This document shows, piece by piece, positions 40,286 to 49,331 of a stretch of 64,000 bases of DNA. The DNA is taken from contig JAKEFG010000015.1 in NCBI GenBank assembly GCA_022616195.1, positions 9,354-73,353 on the forward strand, read 5' to 3'. The notes beneath the pieces were generated by a model. That model saw only the letters and a program-made list of their open reading frames with translations. It was not told the origin of the DNA and did not search any database. The translations under genes were made by a program, and so were the position numbers. Within the stretch, counting starts at the first letter, position 1, and each line of letters begins with the position of its first letter. The DNA is from Candidatus Wolfebacteria bacterium (GTDB lineage Bacteria > Patescibacteriota > Minisyncoccia > Phycocordibacterales > EsbW-18).

Positions 40286-41533
40286 ATGCAGACATCGAGA
40301 ACTCACAGAGGAAAACGCCCGGGTCGGGAAGGGCGTCCTTTTCACCACGGGCGGAGGGGACAACCCTCGCGCGCGCCCTTTCGCGCGCGCGGTCAGGGCG
40401 GACAGCGAGGGCGAAAGCGCTTTTTATCAGAGCGGATTGACGTCTCCCGCTACATCAACAAGGCGGTCATTACCGAGGCGGTGGAGCACTTTGTTCCCGA
40501 GCACCGGTTTGCCGACTTTGCCATTGACGCGCGCCTCAAAGCGGCTATTGCTAAAAAGGGCTACACGGAGCCGACCCCCATCCAAGACCGCACTATTTCG
40601 CACATTCTCCGCAGGGAAGACGTGGTGGGGATTGCCAACACCGGCACGGGGAAAACCGCGGCGTTCCTCGTTCCCTTGATTGACAAGATATTGAAACACA
40701 AAGACGAGCGAGTACTCGTTATGGTGCCGACGCGCGAGCTTGCCCAGCAGATTGAAGGGGAACTTCGCGGCTTTGCGGCGGGGCTCTCCGTTCACGGCGT
40801 GGTCTGCGTCGGGGGCGTCGGCATCGGCGCACAGATGGCAGGGCTTCGCCGGAGACCGCACTTCGTCATCGGGACGCCGGGACGGCTCAAGGATCTTCTG
40901 GAACGCAAGGCGCTCTCGCTTGCCGATTTCCGGACCGCTGTCTTGGACGAGGCGGACCGCATGCTTGATATGGGATTTGTGCATGATATGCGCAAAATCC
41001 TCTCGCTCCTCCCGTCGCCGCGCCACACGCTCTTCTTTGCCGCGACGTTTTCGCGCGAGATTGAAAAGCTGGTGGGGGAGTTTCTGCGCACGCCCGTGCG
41101 CGTGAGCGTCAAGACACAGGAAACCGCCGCATCCATTGAGCAGGACGTGGTACGCATACCGCCCGGAAAGCAGAAGCTGGACGTACTCTATGACCTTTTG
41201 ATACAACCCGCCTTCAACAAAGTGCTTGTCTTCGGACGCACCAAGTGGGGCGTTGAAAAGCTTGCTAAAGCACTTGTGGCTAAGGGGATACGCGCGGAGT
41301 CCATTCATGGCAACAAGACACAGGGCAGGCGCCAGCGGGCGCTTGACCTCTTTAAGCGCGACCACGTGCAGGTCTTGGTGGCAACCGATGTCGCGGCGCG
41401 CGGGCTTGATATCGTGGGCGTGTCGCACGTCATCAACTTTGACCTGCCCGCGTCGCACGAGGACTATATTCACCGTGTCGGCAGAACGGGACGCGCCGGG
41501 AAACGCGGCACAGCACTCACATTCATTGACTAA
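40286..41533 (+). CDS. DEAD-box RNA helicase
   Basis: TGTGKT, PTRELA, DEAD, ATDVAARGLD, HRVGRTGR. Confidence 0.95.
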   Translation: MQTSRTHRGKRPGREGRPFHHGRRGQPSRAPFRARGQGGQRGRKRFLSERIDVSRYINKAVITEAVEHFVPEHRFADFAIDARLKAAIAKKGYTEPTPIQDRTISHILRREDVVGIANTGTGKTAAFLVPLIDKILKHKDERVLVMVPTRELAQQIEGELRGFAAGLSVHGVVCVGGVGIGAQMAGLRRRPHFVIGTPGRLKDLLERKALSLADFRTAVLDEADRMLDMGFVHDMRKILSLLPSPRHTLFFAATFSREIEKLVGEFLRTPVRVSVKTQETAASIEQDVVRIPPGKQKLDVLYDLLIQPAFNKVLVFGRTKWGVEKLAKALVAKGIRAESIHGNKTQGRRQRALDLFKRDHVQVLVATDVAARGLDIVGVSHVINFDLPASHEDYIHRVGRTGRAGKRGTALTFID

Positions 41534-41708
41534 CGTGCGCGGCGGAATGTCGTTGTTCTGCATTTTCTCGGAGTGCTGGCCGGTAACCCCTTCAGGAGAA
41601 ACGGCGGTGATGCCAAGTGGGCATCACAAAGAACTCTTGTTTTTGAACGGTATGATATACTGGACTGGTATCGGTCGGTATTACTACACTAACTACACAT
41701 ACTATATT

Positions 41709-41900
41709 ATGATGAAGCTAACGTGCAAAGACCTTAACCCCAACTCAACGTGTCATTATGAGGCGCACGGGGAGACCGCCAAGGAAGTCGCGGAGAATAT
41801 GATGGCGCATGCTACGGCAGAGCACGCCGCAGATTTGGAGAAGATGGGTATGTCGGATGAAGAGATGATGCAGCTGCTTGAGTCAAAGGCGCATGAGTAA
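41709..41900 (+). CDS. DUF1059-like small metal-binding protein
   Basis: LTCKDL....C...G.T..EV....HA...H. Confidence 0.8.
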   Translation: MMKLTCKDLNPNSTCHYEAHGETAKEVAENMMAHATAEHAADLEKMGMSDEEMMQLLESKAHE

Positions 41901-41965
41901 CATTTGCGCTTCCGTGTTACGGAGGTGGTTTGGGAAATTGTCAGTGTAAAATACTTTAGGGAAGT

Positions 41966-42337
41966 ATGAATGAACACAACGCTTCAGATATGAAACAAGA
42001 GGAGTCCCCGCAAGGAGCCGCTCCTCAGCAGAACACGGGTGGAAACAGAACACTTATGAGTGTTCTGGCCTACATCGGACCGCTTGTTATTATTTCGTAT
42101 CTGTTCGCGAAGGATAATCCGTTTGTAAAATTTCACATCAAGCAGGGGCTGGTACTCTTCGTCATTGAAATTGTCGCGTGGTTTCTCGGTATGATGGTGT
42201 GGGTGCTCTGGCCGCTCGTCAACATCGTGAATCTCATCACCCTCATACTTTCCATTGTCGGCATTGTGAACGTGGTGAAAGGGAGAGAGAAAATGCTCCC
42301 GCTCGTGGGTTCGCTCGCCAAGCACTTCCCGATATAA
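41966..42337 (+). CDS. DUF4870-like membrane protein
   Basis: LAYIG...PFVKFHIKQGL...GIVN...LPLVG. Confidence 0.8.
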   Translation: MNEHNASDMKQEESPQGAAPQQNTGGNRTLMSVLAYIGPLVIISYLFAKDNPFVKFHIKQGLVLFVIEIVAWFLGMMVWVLWPLVNIVNLITLILSIVGIVNVVKGREKMLPLVGSLAKHFPI

Positions 42338-42349
42338 TCCGCCTACGGC

Positions 42350-42898
42350 ATGAGCTTGCCCACGCGAGAGGACGCGGAGAAGCTTCTTGATGCGCATGTT
42401 GCCGATGCGTACCAACGGTACCACGCGCGAATGGTTGCCGTTGCCATGGAGGGCTACGCAGGACTCTACAACGAGGACGCGGAGTTGTGGTATCTCACGG
42501 GGCTCTTGCACGACATTGATTTTGAGAAGCACCCGAATGAACATCCGGCGCGGGCGCTCGCATGGTTTCACGAGTGGGGATATCCCGATAGTGTGATACA
42601 CGCGGTAGAGGCGCACGCGCACGGGTACAACAATTTCACAACACTACCAGAGACGAAGCTTGCCGCGGCGCTTCTCGCATGCGACGAAATTAGCGGCATT
42701 TTCTACGCGTACCAAAAACTGAATCCCGTCCCGTTCGGTACTATGAAGGTTTCGTCAATCAAAAAGCGGCTGAACGAGAAATCATTTGCCGCCAAAATTG
42801 AACGGGGGAGTATCTACCTTGGCTGTGAAAAACTCGGCGTTGACCTTGATACGCACATCGGTAACCTCATTCGATTTTTCTCCGCGCTCGACGCATAA
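42350..42898 (+). CDS. HD-domain hydrolase
   Basis: YH....AM, GLLHDIDFE, H..., ACDEISG. Confidence 0.88.
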   Translation: MSLPTREDAEKLLDAHVADAYQRYHARMVAVAMEGYAGLYNEDAELWYLTGLLHDIDFEKHPNEHPARALAWFHEWGYPDSVIHAVEAHAHGYNNFTTLPETKLAAALLACDEISGIFYAYQKLNPVPFGTMKVSSIKKRLNEKSFAAKIERGSIYLGCEKLGVDLDTHIGNLIRFFSALDA

Positions 42899-42904
42899 CG
42901 CACC

Positions 42905-43792
42905 ATGCTTGCTGTCTTAAGAGTTGTTGTCCTCGCGGTCATATTCATTGCGTTCGGCGCGTGGTACGCGTACGATGTGCCCGCGCCGCCGGAACCTGCC
43001 GCGTTTCGGGAGGTGTCTACTGCGGATGTTGCGGTTGACACGATTGTGCCCGATGGCGCGCCCGCAGCGCCCGCTTCTGCTCGACAAGCCGAGCGGCGAC
43101 CGTCAGGATGGTCGCTCCTCTACGACTCGGCGCTCTCCGCCGACGCTATTGTGGCGCTCACCAACGCGGAGCGTCGTGCGACGGGGCTCGCCGCGCTCAC
43201 CCCAAACAGCGCGCTCGCGCAGGCGGCACTTGCCAAGGCAGAGGACATTCTCGCGCGCGGCTATTTTGAGCACATCGCGCCCGACGGCACCCGCCCGGCC
43301 GACCTCGCCCTCCGCGCGGGATATCCGTACATCCTTATCGGTGAGAACCTCGCGCTCGGCGAGTTCAAGAGCAGTGAAGAGGTGGTCGCAGGCTGGATGG
43401 AAAGCACGGAGCACCGCGAGAACATTCTCCACGAGCGGTATCGTGATATTGGCGTCGCGCTTCTTGAGGGAGAATTTGAAGGCGAGGAGCTTTTTGTTGC
43501 GGTACAGGAGTTTGGTATGCCCCGCTCTGCGTGTCCCGAGCTCCCGACGACGCTCGGCAATATTCTTGCAGCGTATGAGGTGGAGCTTGACGCACTCCGT
43601 TTGCGACTCAACGACGAGTATGCGGCACTTGACGCGACCGAGAAAAAATACGGCGGAGCGTACGGAGAACGCGTTGACGCGTACAACGCCGCGGTGGAAG
43701 CGTTCAACTGGCTTCTGATGACGGTGAAAGATCGTACCGTGGAGTACAATGACCAAGTCCGTGCGTTCAACGTGTGTGTTGAGGGGATATAA
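42905..43792 (+). CDS. CAP/SCP domain protein
   Basis: TNAER, GYFEH, GENLA, GWMES..HRENIL, VQEFG. Confidence 0.88.
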   Translation: MLAVLRVVVLAVIFIAFGAWYAYDVPAPPEPAAFREVSTADVAVDTIVPDGAPAAPASARQAERRPSGWSLLYDSALSADAIVALTNAERRATGLAALTPNSALAQAALAKAEDILARGYFEHIAPDGTRPADLALRAGYPYILIGENLALGEFKSSEEVVAGWMESTEHRENILHERYRDIGVALLEGEFEGEELFVAVQEFGMPRSACPELPTTLGNILAAYEVELDALRLRLNDEYAALDATEKKYGGAYGERVDAYNAAVEAFNWLLMTVKDRTVEYNDQVRAFNVCVEGI

Positions 43793-43838
43793 CAGGAGAG
43801 GATTGTGTGTTATAGTCACGTTTGTAAAAGAACCTGCT

Positions 43839-44711
43839 ATGCGTAAGCTGTCTCAAGATACACAATTTGCCGTTCTCGGAGCGGTCATTGTGCTTGGCGC
43901 GCTCGGGTATGTCATCTACGACCTCTCCGCGGACCGGACGGCGCTCCAGAGCCGCGCTCGAGAACTTGAAGGGAAACTTGCCGAAACGGAGGAGATGCTC
44001 GCAGAGTCGGAAGAGGAGGGGAGACAACTCGCCGAGGCACTTGAAGCGGAGCAGGAACGCCTGCGCGATTTGGGCGAACAGGTGGAAGAAATTACCGGCA
44101 CGGTGGGGAACTTGGAAAAACTTGCCGAGCTTGCTCCGGAACTTCTGCAGAAATATTCCAAAGTGTATTTTTTGAACGAGCATTTCGCGCCGGAACGGCT
44201 TACGGACATTGACGCCGAGTTTCTTTACGACGAGAGCCGGGAGGAACAGGTGGACAGACGCGTCTGGCCGTTCCTTGAGGACTTGCTTGAGGACGCGCGA
44301 CGCGACGGCGTGGAACTCTACGTTGTTTCCGGCTATCGCTCATTCGGCACGCAGGCGGCGGTAAAGTCAAACTATGTCGTGCAGTACGGAAGCGGCGCAA
44401 ATACGTTCTCGGCGGAGCAGGGGTACTCGGAACACCAACTCGGTACCACGGCGGACTTCATTACCACAGGCATCGGCGGAACGCTTTCGGGTTTTGAGAA
44501 CACGGAAGCGTACGACTGGCTTCTGGAGAACGCACACAAGCATGGTTTTACGCTCTCGTACCCCGAGGGGAATGCTTTCTATATCTTTGAACCGTGGCAC
44601 TGGCGTTTTGTCGGACGCGACCTCGCGCGCGACTTGGACCGCAAAAATCTTCACTTCTACGACCTGCCGCAGACGGAGATAGACACGTATCTTTTGGAGA
44701 TTTTCGATTAA
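43839..44711 (+). CDS. VanY/M15B D,D-carboxypeptidase with coiled coil
   Basis: SGYRS, SEHQLGTTAD, EPWHWRFVG. Confidence 0.88.
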   Translation: MRKLSQDTQFAVLGAVIVLGALGYVIYDLSADRTALQSRARELEGKLAETEEMLAESEEEGRQLAEALEAEQERLRDLGEQVEEITGTVGNLEKLAELAPELLQKYSKVYFLNEHFAPERLTDIDAEFLYDESREEQVDRRVWPFLEDLLEDARRDGVELYVVSGYRSFGTQAAVKSNYVVQYGSGANTFSAEQGYSEHQLGTTADFITTGIGGTLSGFENTEAYDWLLENAHKHGFTLSYPEGNAFYIFEPWHWRFVGRDLARDLDRKNLHFYDLPQTEIDTYLLEIFD

Positions 44712-44725
44712 CGCGAGAAGCCACA

Positions 44726-45175
44726 ATGACTGGCGCGTTTACTCTCAAGAGCCCCGCGTTTGCCCACAACGGTGTGATTCCCGCGAAGTACACCTGCGAC
44801 GGAGAAGATGTGAGCCCACCGCTTGCGTGGGAGAATATTCCGGAGGGGATACGGTTTTTGGTGCTTATCATGGACGACCCCGACGCGCCGCGCGGCACAT
44901 GGGTTCACTGGATTGTATTCAACATTCCGCCCGACACAGCCCGTATTGAAGAGGGGAAGGAGCCGGAAGGGGTTTCAGGGAACAACAGCTGGCTCACGTT
45001 GGGGTATGGCGGCCCGTGCCCGCCCGAGGGTGTACATCGCTACTTCTTTAAGCTCTACGCGCTTGACACCATGCTTGACTTGTCCGAGGGGGCGACAAAG
45101 GCGGAGGTTGAAGCGGCAATGACAGGACACATACTCGCAGAAACGACGCTCATAGGATTGTACGAGCGGAGCTAG
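44726..45175 (+). CDS. YbhB/YbcL (PEBP) family protein
   Basis: DDPDAP, WVHW, YGGPCPP, HRYFFKLYALD. Confidence 0.92.
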   Translation: MTGAFTLKSPAFAHNGVIPAKYTCDGEDVSPPLAWENIPEGIRFLVLIMDDPDAPRGTWVHWIVFNIPPDTARIEEGKEPEGVSGNNSWLTLGYGGPCPPEGVHRYFFKLYALDTMLDLSEGATKAEVEAAMTGHILAETTLIGLYERS

Positions 45176-45232
45176 TTTCTGCGAGAAATTCGAAGCACGA
45201 AATCCGAAGCTCGAAACAAATCATAAATTCCA

Positions 45233-45517
45233 ATGTCTAAAACAGTGAGGGTGAAGGTGACGCCGGGAGCGAAGAAAGAGTTGGTTGAAAAGGTGTCGGA
45301 TGATATGTTTCGTGTCGCGGTGCGTGAGGAGGCGGAGCGGAATCAGGCGAACATCCGAGTGCAGGAACTTCTTGCGCGGCAGTTTGCGGTATCGGTGCAA
45401 AACGTTAGAATAGTGGCGGGGCATCATTCCCGAACGAAACGGTTTGAAATCAATGTGGAGTCAGTACCATCTCTAAGAGTTTATGATAAACACAAACATC
45501 AAAGCGACCAACATTGA
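45233..45517 (+). CDS. DUF167/UPF0235 family protein
   Basis: VKVTPGAK, N.AN, GHHSRTK. Confidence 0.8.
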   Translation: MSKTVRVKVTPGAKKELVEKVSDDMFRVAVREEAERNQANIRVQELLARQFAVSVQNVRIVAGHHSRTKRFEINVESVPSLRVYDKHKHQSDQH

Positions 45518-45875
45518 GCTTACGCCCGCAATCAGGGCGTATGTGGAGGAGAAGGTGGTGATGCTTGGAAAGCTTATTGACCCGAATGATACGATTGCGC
45601 GCGCGGACGTTGAGGTCGGACAAACGACGAAACATCACCAGTCGGGCGACATTTTTCGCGCGGAAATAAATCTTCACATCGCGGGGGCGGATTTGCGCAC
45701 CGAGTCAGAGCGGGAAGATCTCTACGCGGCAATAGATGAAGCAAAGGATGAGCTCATGCGCCAGCTACGAAAGGAAAAGACGAAGCGCACCGATCTCGTG
45801 CGCAGAGGCGGACTCGCATTGAAACGCATGCTTCACCGATTTAGCCGTTCTAACGAAGCTGAAGACAATGTCTAA
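45483..45875 (+). CDS. hpf: Ribosome hibernation factor HPF/RaiA
   Basis: NIELTPAIRAYVEEK, DLYAAIDEAKD.L.RQLRK.K. Confidence 0.9.
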   Translation: MINTNIKATNIELTPAIRAYVEEKVVMLGKLIDPNDTIARADVEVGQTTKHHQSGDIFRAEINLHIAGADLRTESEREDLYAAIDEAKDELMRQLRKEKTKRTDLVRRGGLALKRMLHRFSRSNEAEDNV

Positions 45876-46500
45876 GACCATACAACTACTTGTGTCGCTT
45901 GCAGGCGCCGTTGTGGTGCTTGCGGTGATACTTGGATTCCTGCATTATCTACAACGCGCCGACACGTCGCCGGCGGTTGACACTGATACACGTATGGAAA
46001 ACGATGTACAAGCACAACTTCCTCGCGCCGTGCTGAAGACGAGCAAGGGAACGATTGAACTGGAATTGTTTGAAGGGGAAGCACCCGAGACGGTCGGCAA
46101 CTTCATCGCGCTTGCCGAGGACGGTTTTTATGACGGGACGAGATTTCACCGCGTGATACCAAACTTTATGATTCAAGGGGGCGACCCGCTTTCCAAAGAT
46201 GACGACCAGAAAGAACTGTGGGGAACGGGTGGGCCGGGGTACATGTTTTCCGACGAGTTTACGGAGGAACTCTCTAACGTGCGCGGGACGATTGCCATGG
46301 CGAATGCGGGACCTGACACCAACGGGAGCCAGTTTTTCATCAACATTGTCGACAACACGTTCTTAGATGGCAAGCACGCGGTATTCGGGCGCGTCGTCGA
46401 CGGAATGGAGATCGTGGATGCAATTGTAGGTGTACCGACCGAGGGGCCTGACCGCCCCGTTGACGACATCGTGCTTGAGAAAGTGACTATTGAGAGGTAG
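45868..46500 (+). CDS. Cyclophilin-type peptidyl-prolyl isomerase, membrane-anchored
   Basis: FHRVIPNFMIQGGD, AMANAGPDTNGSQFFI. Confidence 0.95.
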   Translation: MSKTIQLLVSLAGAVVVLAVILGFLHYLQRADTSPAVDTDTRMENDVQAQLPRAVLKTSKGTIELELFEGEAPETVGNFIALAEDGFYDGTRFHRVIPNFMIQGGDPLSKDDDQKELWGTGGPGYMFSDEFTEELSNVRGTIAMANAGPDTNGSQFFINIVDNTFLDGKHAVFGRVVDGMEIVDAIVGVPTEGPDRPVDDIVLEKVTIER

Positions 46501-47371
46501 GTTCGTTTCGCCGAAGGAAGCTCTCGTAGTCCATTTCATGTTTCCCTTCGGGGATGACTTTCTTGATGGTGAGCTTGCCGTCACGATAGTTTGCGTCGGT
46601 GATTTTAACGCGTACTTTTTTGCCGTTCTTCTCGGCAAAAAAGTACGCCTTGGGCCATGCATCATATGCCTGTATTGTGAGAAAGTTTTGATACGGGTTG
46701 TCGTTGAGGTCAATGTGTGCATCTTCTTTTTTAATAAGTTTGCAATATGTTGCTTCGTTGTGGTCTTGCTGCACCGCCGCAATTTCACCCGCAACCCATC
46801 TGGGTATGGTGTCGGCAAGCAGTTTGCCCCCGGTGTGAGCCAGTATTTTTGCTAATGTACTGGCCCGCAACGGCCACTCCTCATTTTTAATTTTTACTTT
46901 TTCATTTTGTACGACTGGCCCATGGTCCATCTCCTCGTCGATTTGCATGATGGTAACACCGACGTTACGGTCGTCACTGAGAATCTGTGTCTCCACAGGT
47001 GACGGTCCGCGGTATTTCGGCAGAAGCGATGGGTGTACATTCAAAACACCGTGTTTCGGGACGTCAGTGACCGTCCGTGGAATGATTTTGCCGTAGGCGG
47101 CAACGATAAACAACTCTAAGTCATACGTCTTAAGTTTTGAGAGAAAGCCAGGGTCGTTCAGTTTTTTGGGTTGAAGTGTGGAAATGCCGTGTATGTCTGC
47201 CCACACTTTGACCGGTGGCGGGGTAAGCTTCAAGCCGCGCCCTTTCGACCTGTCGGGCGCGGTTACAATGATGGCGGGTAGCAAGCCTGCACGCTCAAGT
47301 TCGTCAAGAACGATGACGGCAAACTCCGGCGTTCCAAAAAATGCAAAGGGGATGTTTTCTGAAGCTTTCAT
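46487..47371 (-). CDS. fmt: Methionyl-tRNA formyltransferase
   Basis: FFGTPEFA, NVHPSLLPKYRGPSP, MDHGP. Confidence 0.95.
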   Translation of the reverse strand: MKASENIPFAFFGTPEFAVIVLDELERAGLLPAIIVTAPDRSKGRGLKLTPPPVKVWADIHGISTLQPKKLNDPGFLSKLKTYDLELFIVAAYGKIIPRTVTDVPKHGVLNVHPSLLPKYRGPSPVETQILSDDRNVGVTIMQIDEEMDHGPVVQNEKVKIKNEEWPLRASTLAKILAHTGGKLLADTIPRWVAGEIAAVQQDHNEATYCKLIKKEDAHIDLNDNPYQNFLTIQAYDAWPKAYFFAEKNGKKVRVKITDANYRDGKLTIKKVIPEGKHEMDYESFLRRNEPTSQ

Positions 47372-47386
47372 GATACATTCGGTTGT

Positions 47387-47428
47387 CTGAAACATTCTAA
47401 TATTCTATAGAATATTAGAATGTTTCAG
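47387..47428. repeat. Perfect 42-bp palindrome
   Basis: CTGAAACATTCTAATATTCTA|TAGAATATTAGAATGTTTCAG. Confidence 0.9.
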
Positions 47429-47443
47429 CGTGGTTACGATGTC

Positions 47444-47965
47444 TTATGTCTCTGTTTTTTCAGAAAGTTTATAAACATCTTTTGCCTTATCGGTGTAGAG
47501 GACGCCGTTGAGGTGATCTATCTCATGCTGGAAGATTTGCGCGAGAAGCCCCGCTCCTTTGAGCGTGAAGGGCTTACCTGTCGCGTCGTATGCCTCAAGG
47601 GTTGCCTCAAGGGCCCGCTCCACCCTCCCCTGAAGCCCCTCAACGGAAAGACACCCTTCTTCAACCCACGCCGTTTCCTTCGAAGTATTAGTTAGTCGGG
47701 GATTGATAAAGACCAAGTCGGGATGCTTCTCGACTATCTCTCCTTTGTTGTCTCGCCGTGCGAAGAGCGTACCTGATACGATGAACATCCGGAGTGACTC
47801 TCCGATTTGCGGAGCGGCGAGCGCAACGCCGTGATGCTCACGAGCAAGCACTTTGGACATTTGTTCGGCAAGCGCCGAGATTCGCTCTCCACCAAGTTCA
47901 CCGGTCTCAATTTCGGCGGCTCTTTTCCGAAGAACCGGGTTATCTTTCTGGATAATGTCAGTCAT
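47444..47965 (-). CDS. def: Peptide deformylase
   Basis: GVALAAPQIG, EGCLS, QHEIDHLNG. Confidence 0.96.
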   Translation of the reverse strand: MTDIIQKDNPVLRKRAAEIETGELGGERISALAEQMSKVLAREHHGVALAAPQIGESLRMFIVSGTLFARRDNKGEIVEKHPDLVFINPRLTNTSKETAWVEEGCLSVEGLQGRVERALEATLEAYDATGKPFTLKGAGLLAQIFQHEIDHLNGVLYTDKAKDVYKLSEKTET

Positions 47966-47994
47966 GGGGAAAGTATACAAAGTACACGAGCTTA

Positions 47995-48089
47995 AAACAA
48001 AAAGCCCGCGCCGTGGAAGGGTCCAGCGCGGGGGGGGAGGGCTCAGACCCCGGGCGGTGTGCGCCATCGCCAGTTGCGGAGTCTGAACC
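47995..48089 (-). ncRNA. Candidate small structured RNA, family unknown
   Basis: TTGACA-N17-TAAAAT promoter (48125-48097); 13-bp stem starting at the predicted +1; GC-rich terminator with U tract. Confidence 0.55.
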
Positions 48090-48151
48090 AGCTCACATTT
48101 TAAATCCGCTATTTTTATTTGTCAACACACTCGTTGTGGTATAACAAACCA

Positions 48152-49240
48152 ATGGGAAAGGGGCAAAAAAGGATTTTCGTTGCCATGAGCGGAGGGGTTG
48201 ATTCTTCAGTTGCGGCAGCTTTGCTCAAAGAATCCGGGCATGAGGTAACCGGAGTGTTCATCAAGGGCTGGTATCCGGAGTGGCTCCCGTGCAATTGGCG
48301 CGAAGAGCGCCGTGACGCGATGCGGGTTGCAACACGGCTCAGCATCCCGTTTGAGACGTTTGACTGCGAGGACGCGTACAAAAAGAATGTTGCCGATTAC
48401 ATGATTGCCGAATACCAAACAGGGCGGACGCCTAATCCCGATGTTGTATGCAACAAAACCATCAAGTTCGGCGCATTTTTCGACGAAGCCCTGCGGTGCG
48501 GTGCCAACATGATTGCCACAGGGCATTATGCCCGACTTCGTCAGGCAAAATCAAAAAATAAAAATCAAAAAGTAAAAATCGAACTGTTGACTGGGGTGGA
48601 CGAGAACAAAGACCAGAGTTATTTTCTCTGGGCGCTCTCACAGAAGGTTCTGGGACGGACGTTTTTCCCGGTGGGTGATTACACGAAGCCGGAGGTGCGG
48701 ACAATTGCAAGACGGTTCGGACTTCCAACTGCGGAGAAGAAAGAAAGCCAGGGGCTTTGTTTCCTTGGTCATGTGGATGTGCACGAGTTTCTCGGTCACT
48801 ATACAACGATTGTACAGGGTGATGTTCTGGATACATCGGGCCGCGTTATTGGGAAGCACAAAGGAGCGATTGTGTACACACTTGGACAACGCCACGGATT
48901 TACGATTACTTCGCAGCGTTCCGACGAAGGCAAGCATTACGTTGTGGCGAAGGACATGAGGCGCAACACAATAACCGTATCGGAACGTTTACAGGAAGAA
49001 CACGCGGTTTCCGAGGTAGCGCTTGCGGAAGCGAACTGGATTGGCGCGGAGCCGCGCGTGGGCATGTCGTATATGGCGCGCTTTCGGTACCGGCAGAAGC
49101 TCCAAAGGTGCACGATTATCGAGGCGGCTGCCGCAGGTGCGCGCATTCGTTTTGACACGGTACAGACGGCAGTGTCGCCCGGTCAATCATTGGTACTTTA
49201 TGACGGCGAGGTGTGCCTTGGCGGCGGGGTCATTGTCTAG
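48152..49240 (+). CDS. mnmA: tRNA 2-thiouridylase
   Basis: AMSGGVDSS, TPNPDVVCN, KDQSYFL, ESQGLCF, PGQ. Confidence 0.96.
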   Translation: MGKGQKRIFVAMSGGVDSSVAAALLKESGHEVTGVFIKGWYPEWLPCNWREERRDAMRVATRLSIPFETFDCEDAYKKNVADYMIAEYQTGRTPNPDVVCNKTIKFGAFFDEALRCGANMIATGHYARLRQAKSKNKNQKVKIELLTGVDENKDQSYFLWALSQKVLGRTFFPVGDYTKPEVRTIARRFGLPTAEKKESQGLCFLGHVDVHEFLGHYTTIVQGDVLDTSGRVIGKHKGAIVYTLGQRHGFTITSQRSDEGKHYVVAKDMRRNTITVSERLQEEHAVSEVALAEANWIGAEPRVGMSYMARFRYRQKLQRCTIIEAAAAGARIRFDTVQTAVSPGQSLVLYDGEVCLGGGVIV

Positions 49241-49331
49241 TGAGTAGTGTGTAGCGGAGACGTTTGTTTTTTGCTATACTACACACTACTTACTACCTGC
49301 CTGCGCAGGCTGGTTTACCACACACTAAAAC

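Noticed and set aside
47966-48067. 34-aa N-terminal extension of peptide deformylase in the ORF track
   Set aside because: It runs through a terminator and a promoter. MTDIIQ matches the normal start and has a -10 six nt upstream.
47995-48089. ZTP (pfl) riboswitch or SRP RNA upstream of def-fmt
   Set aside because: ACUGGCGA resembles the ZTP junction, but the 3' P3 hairpin with CGCCUGGG is absent. The SRP motif GGAAGGAAGCAG is missing on both strands.
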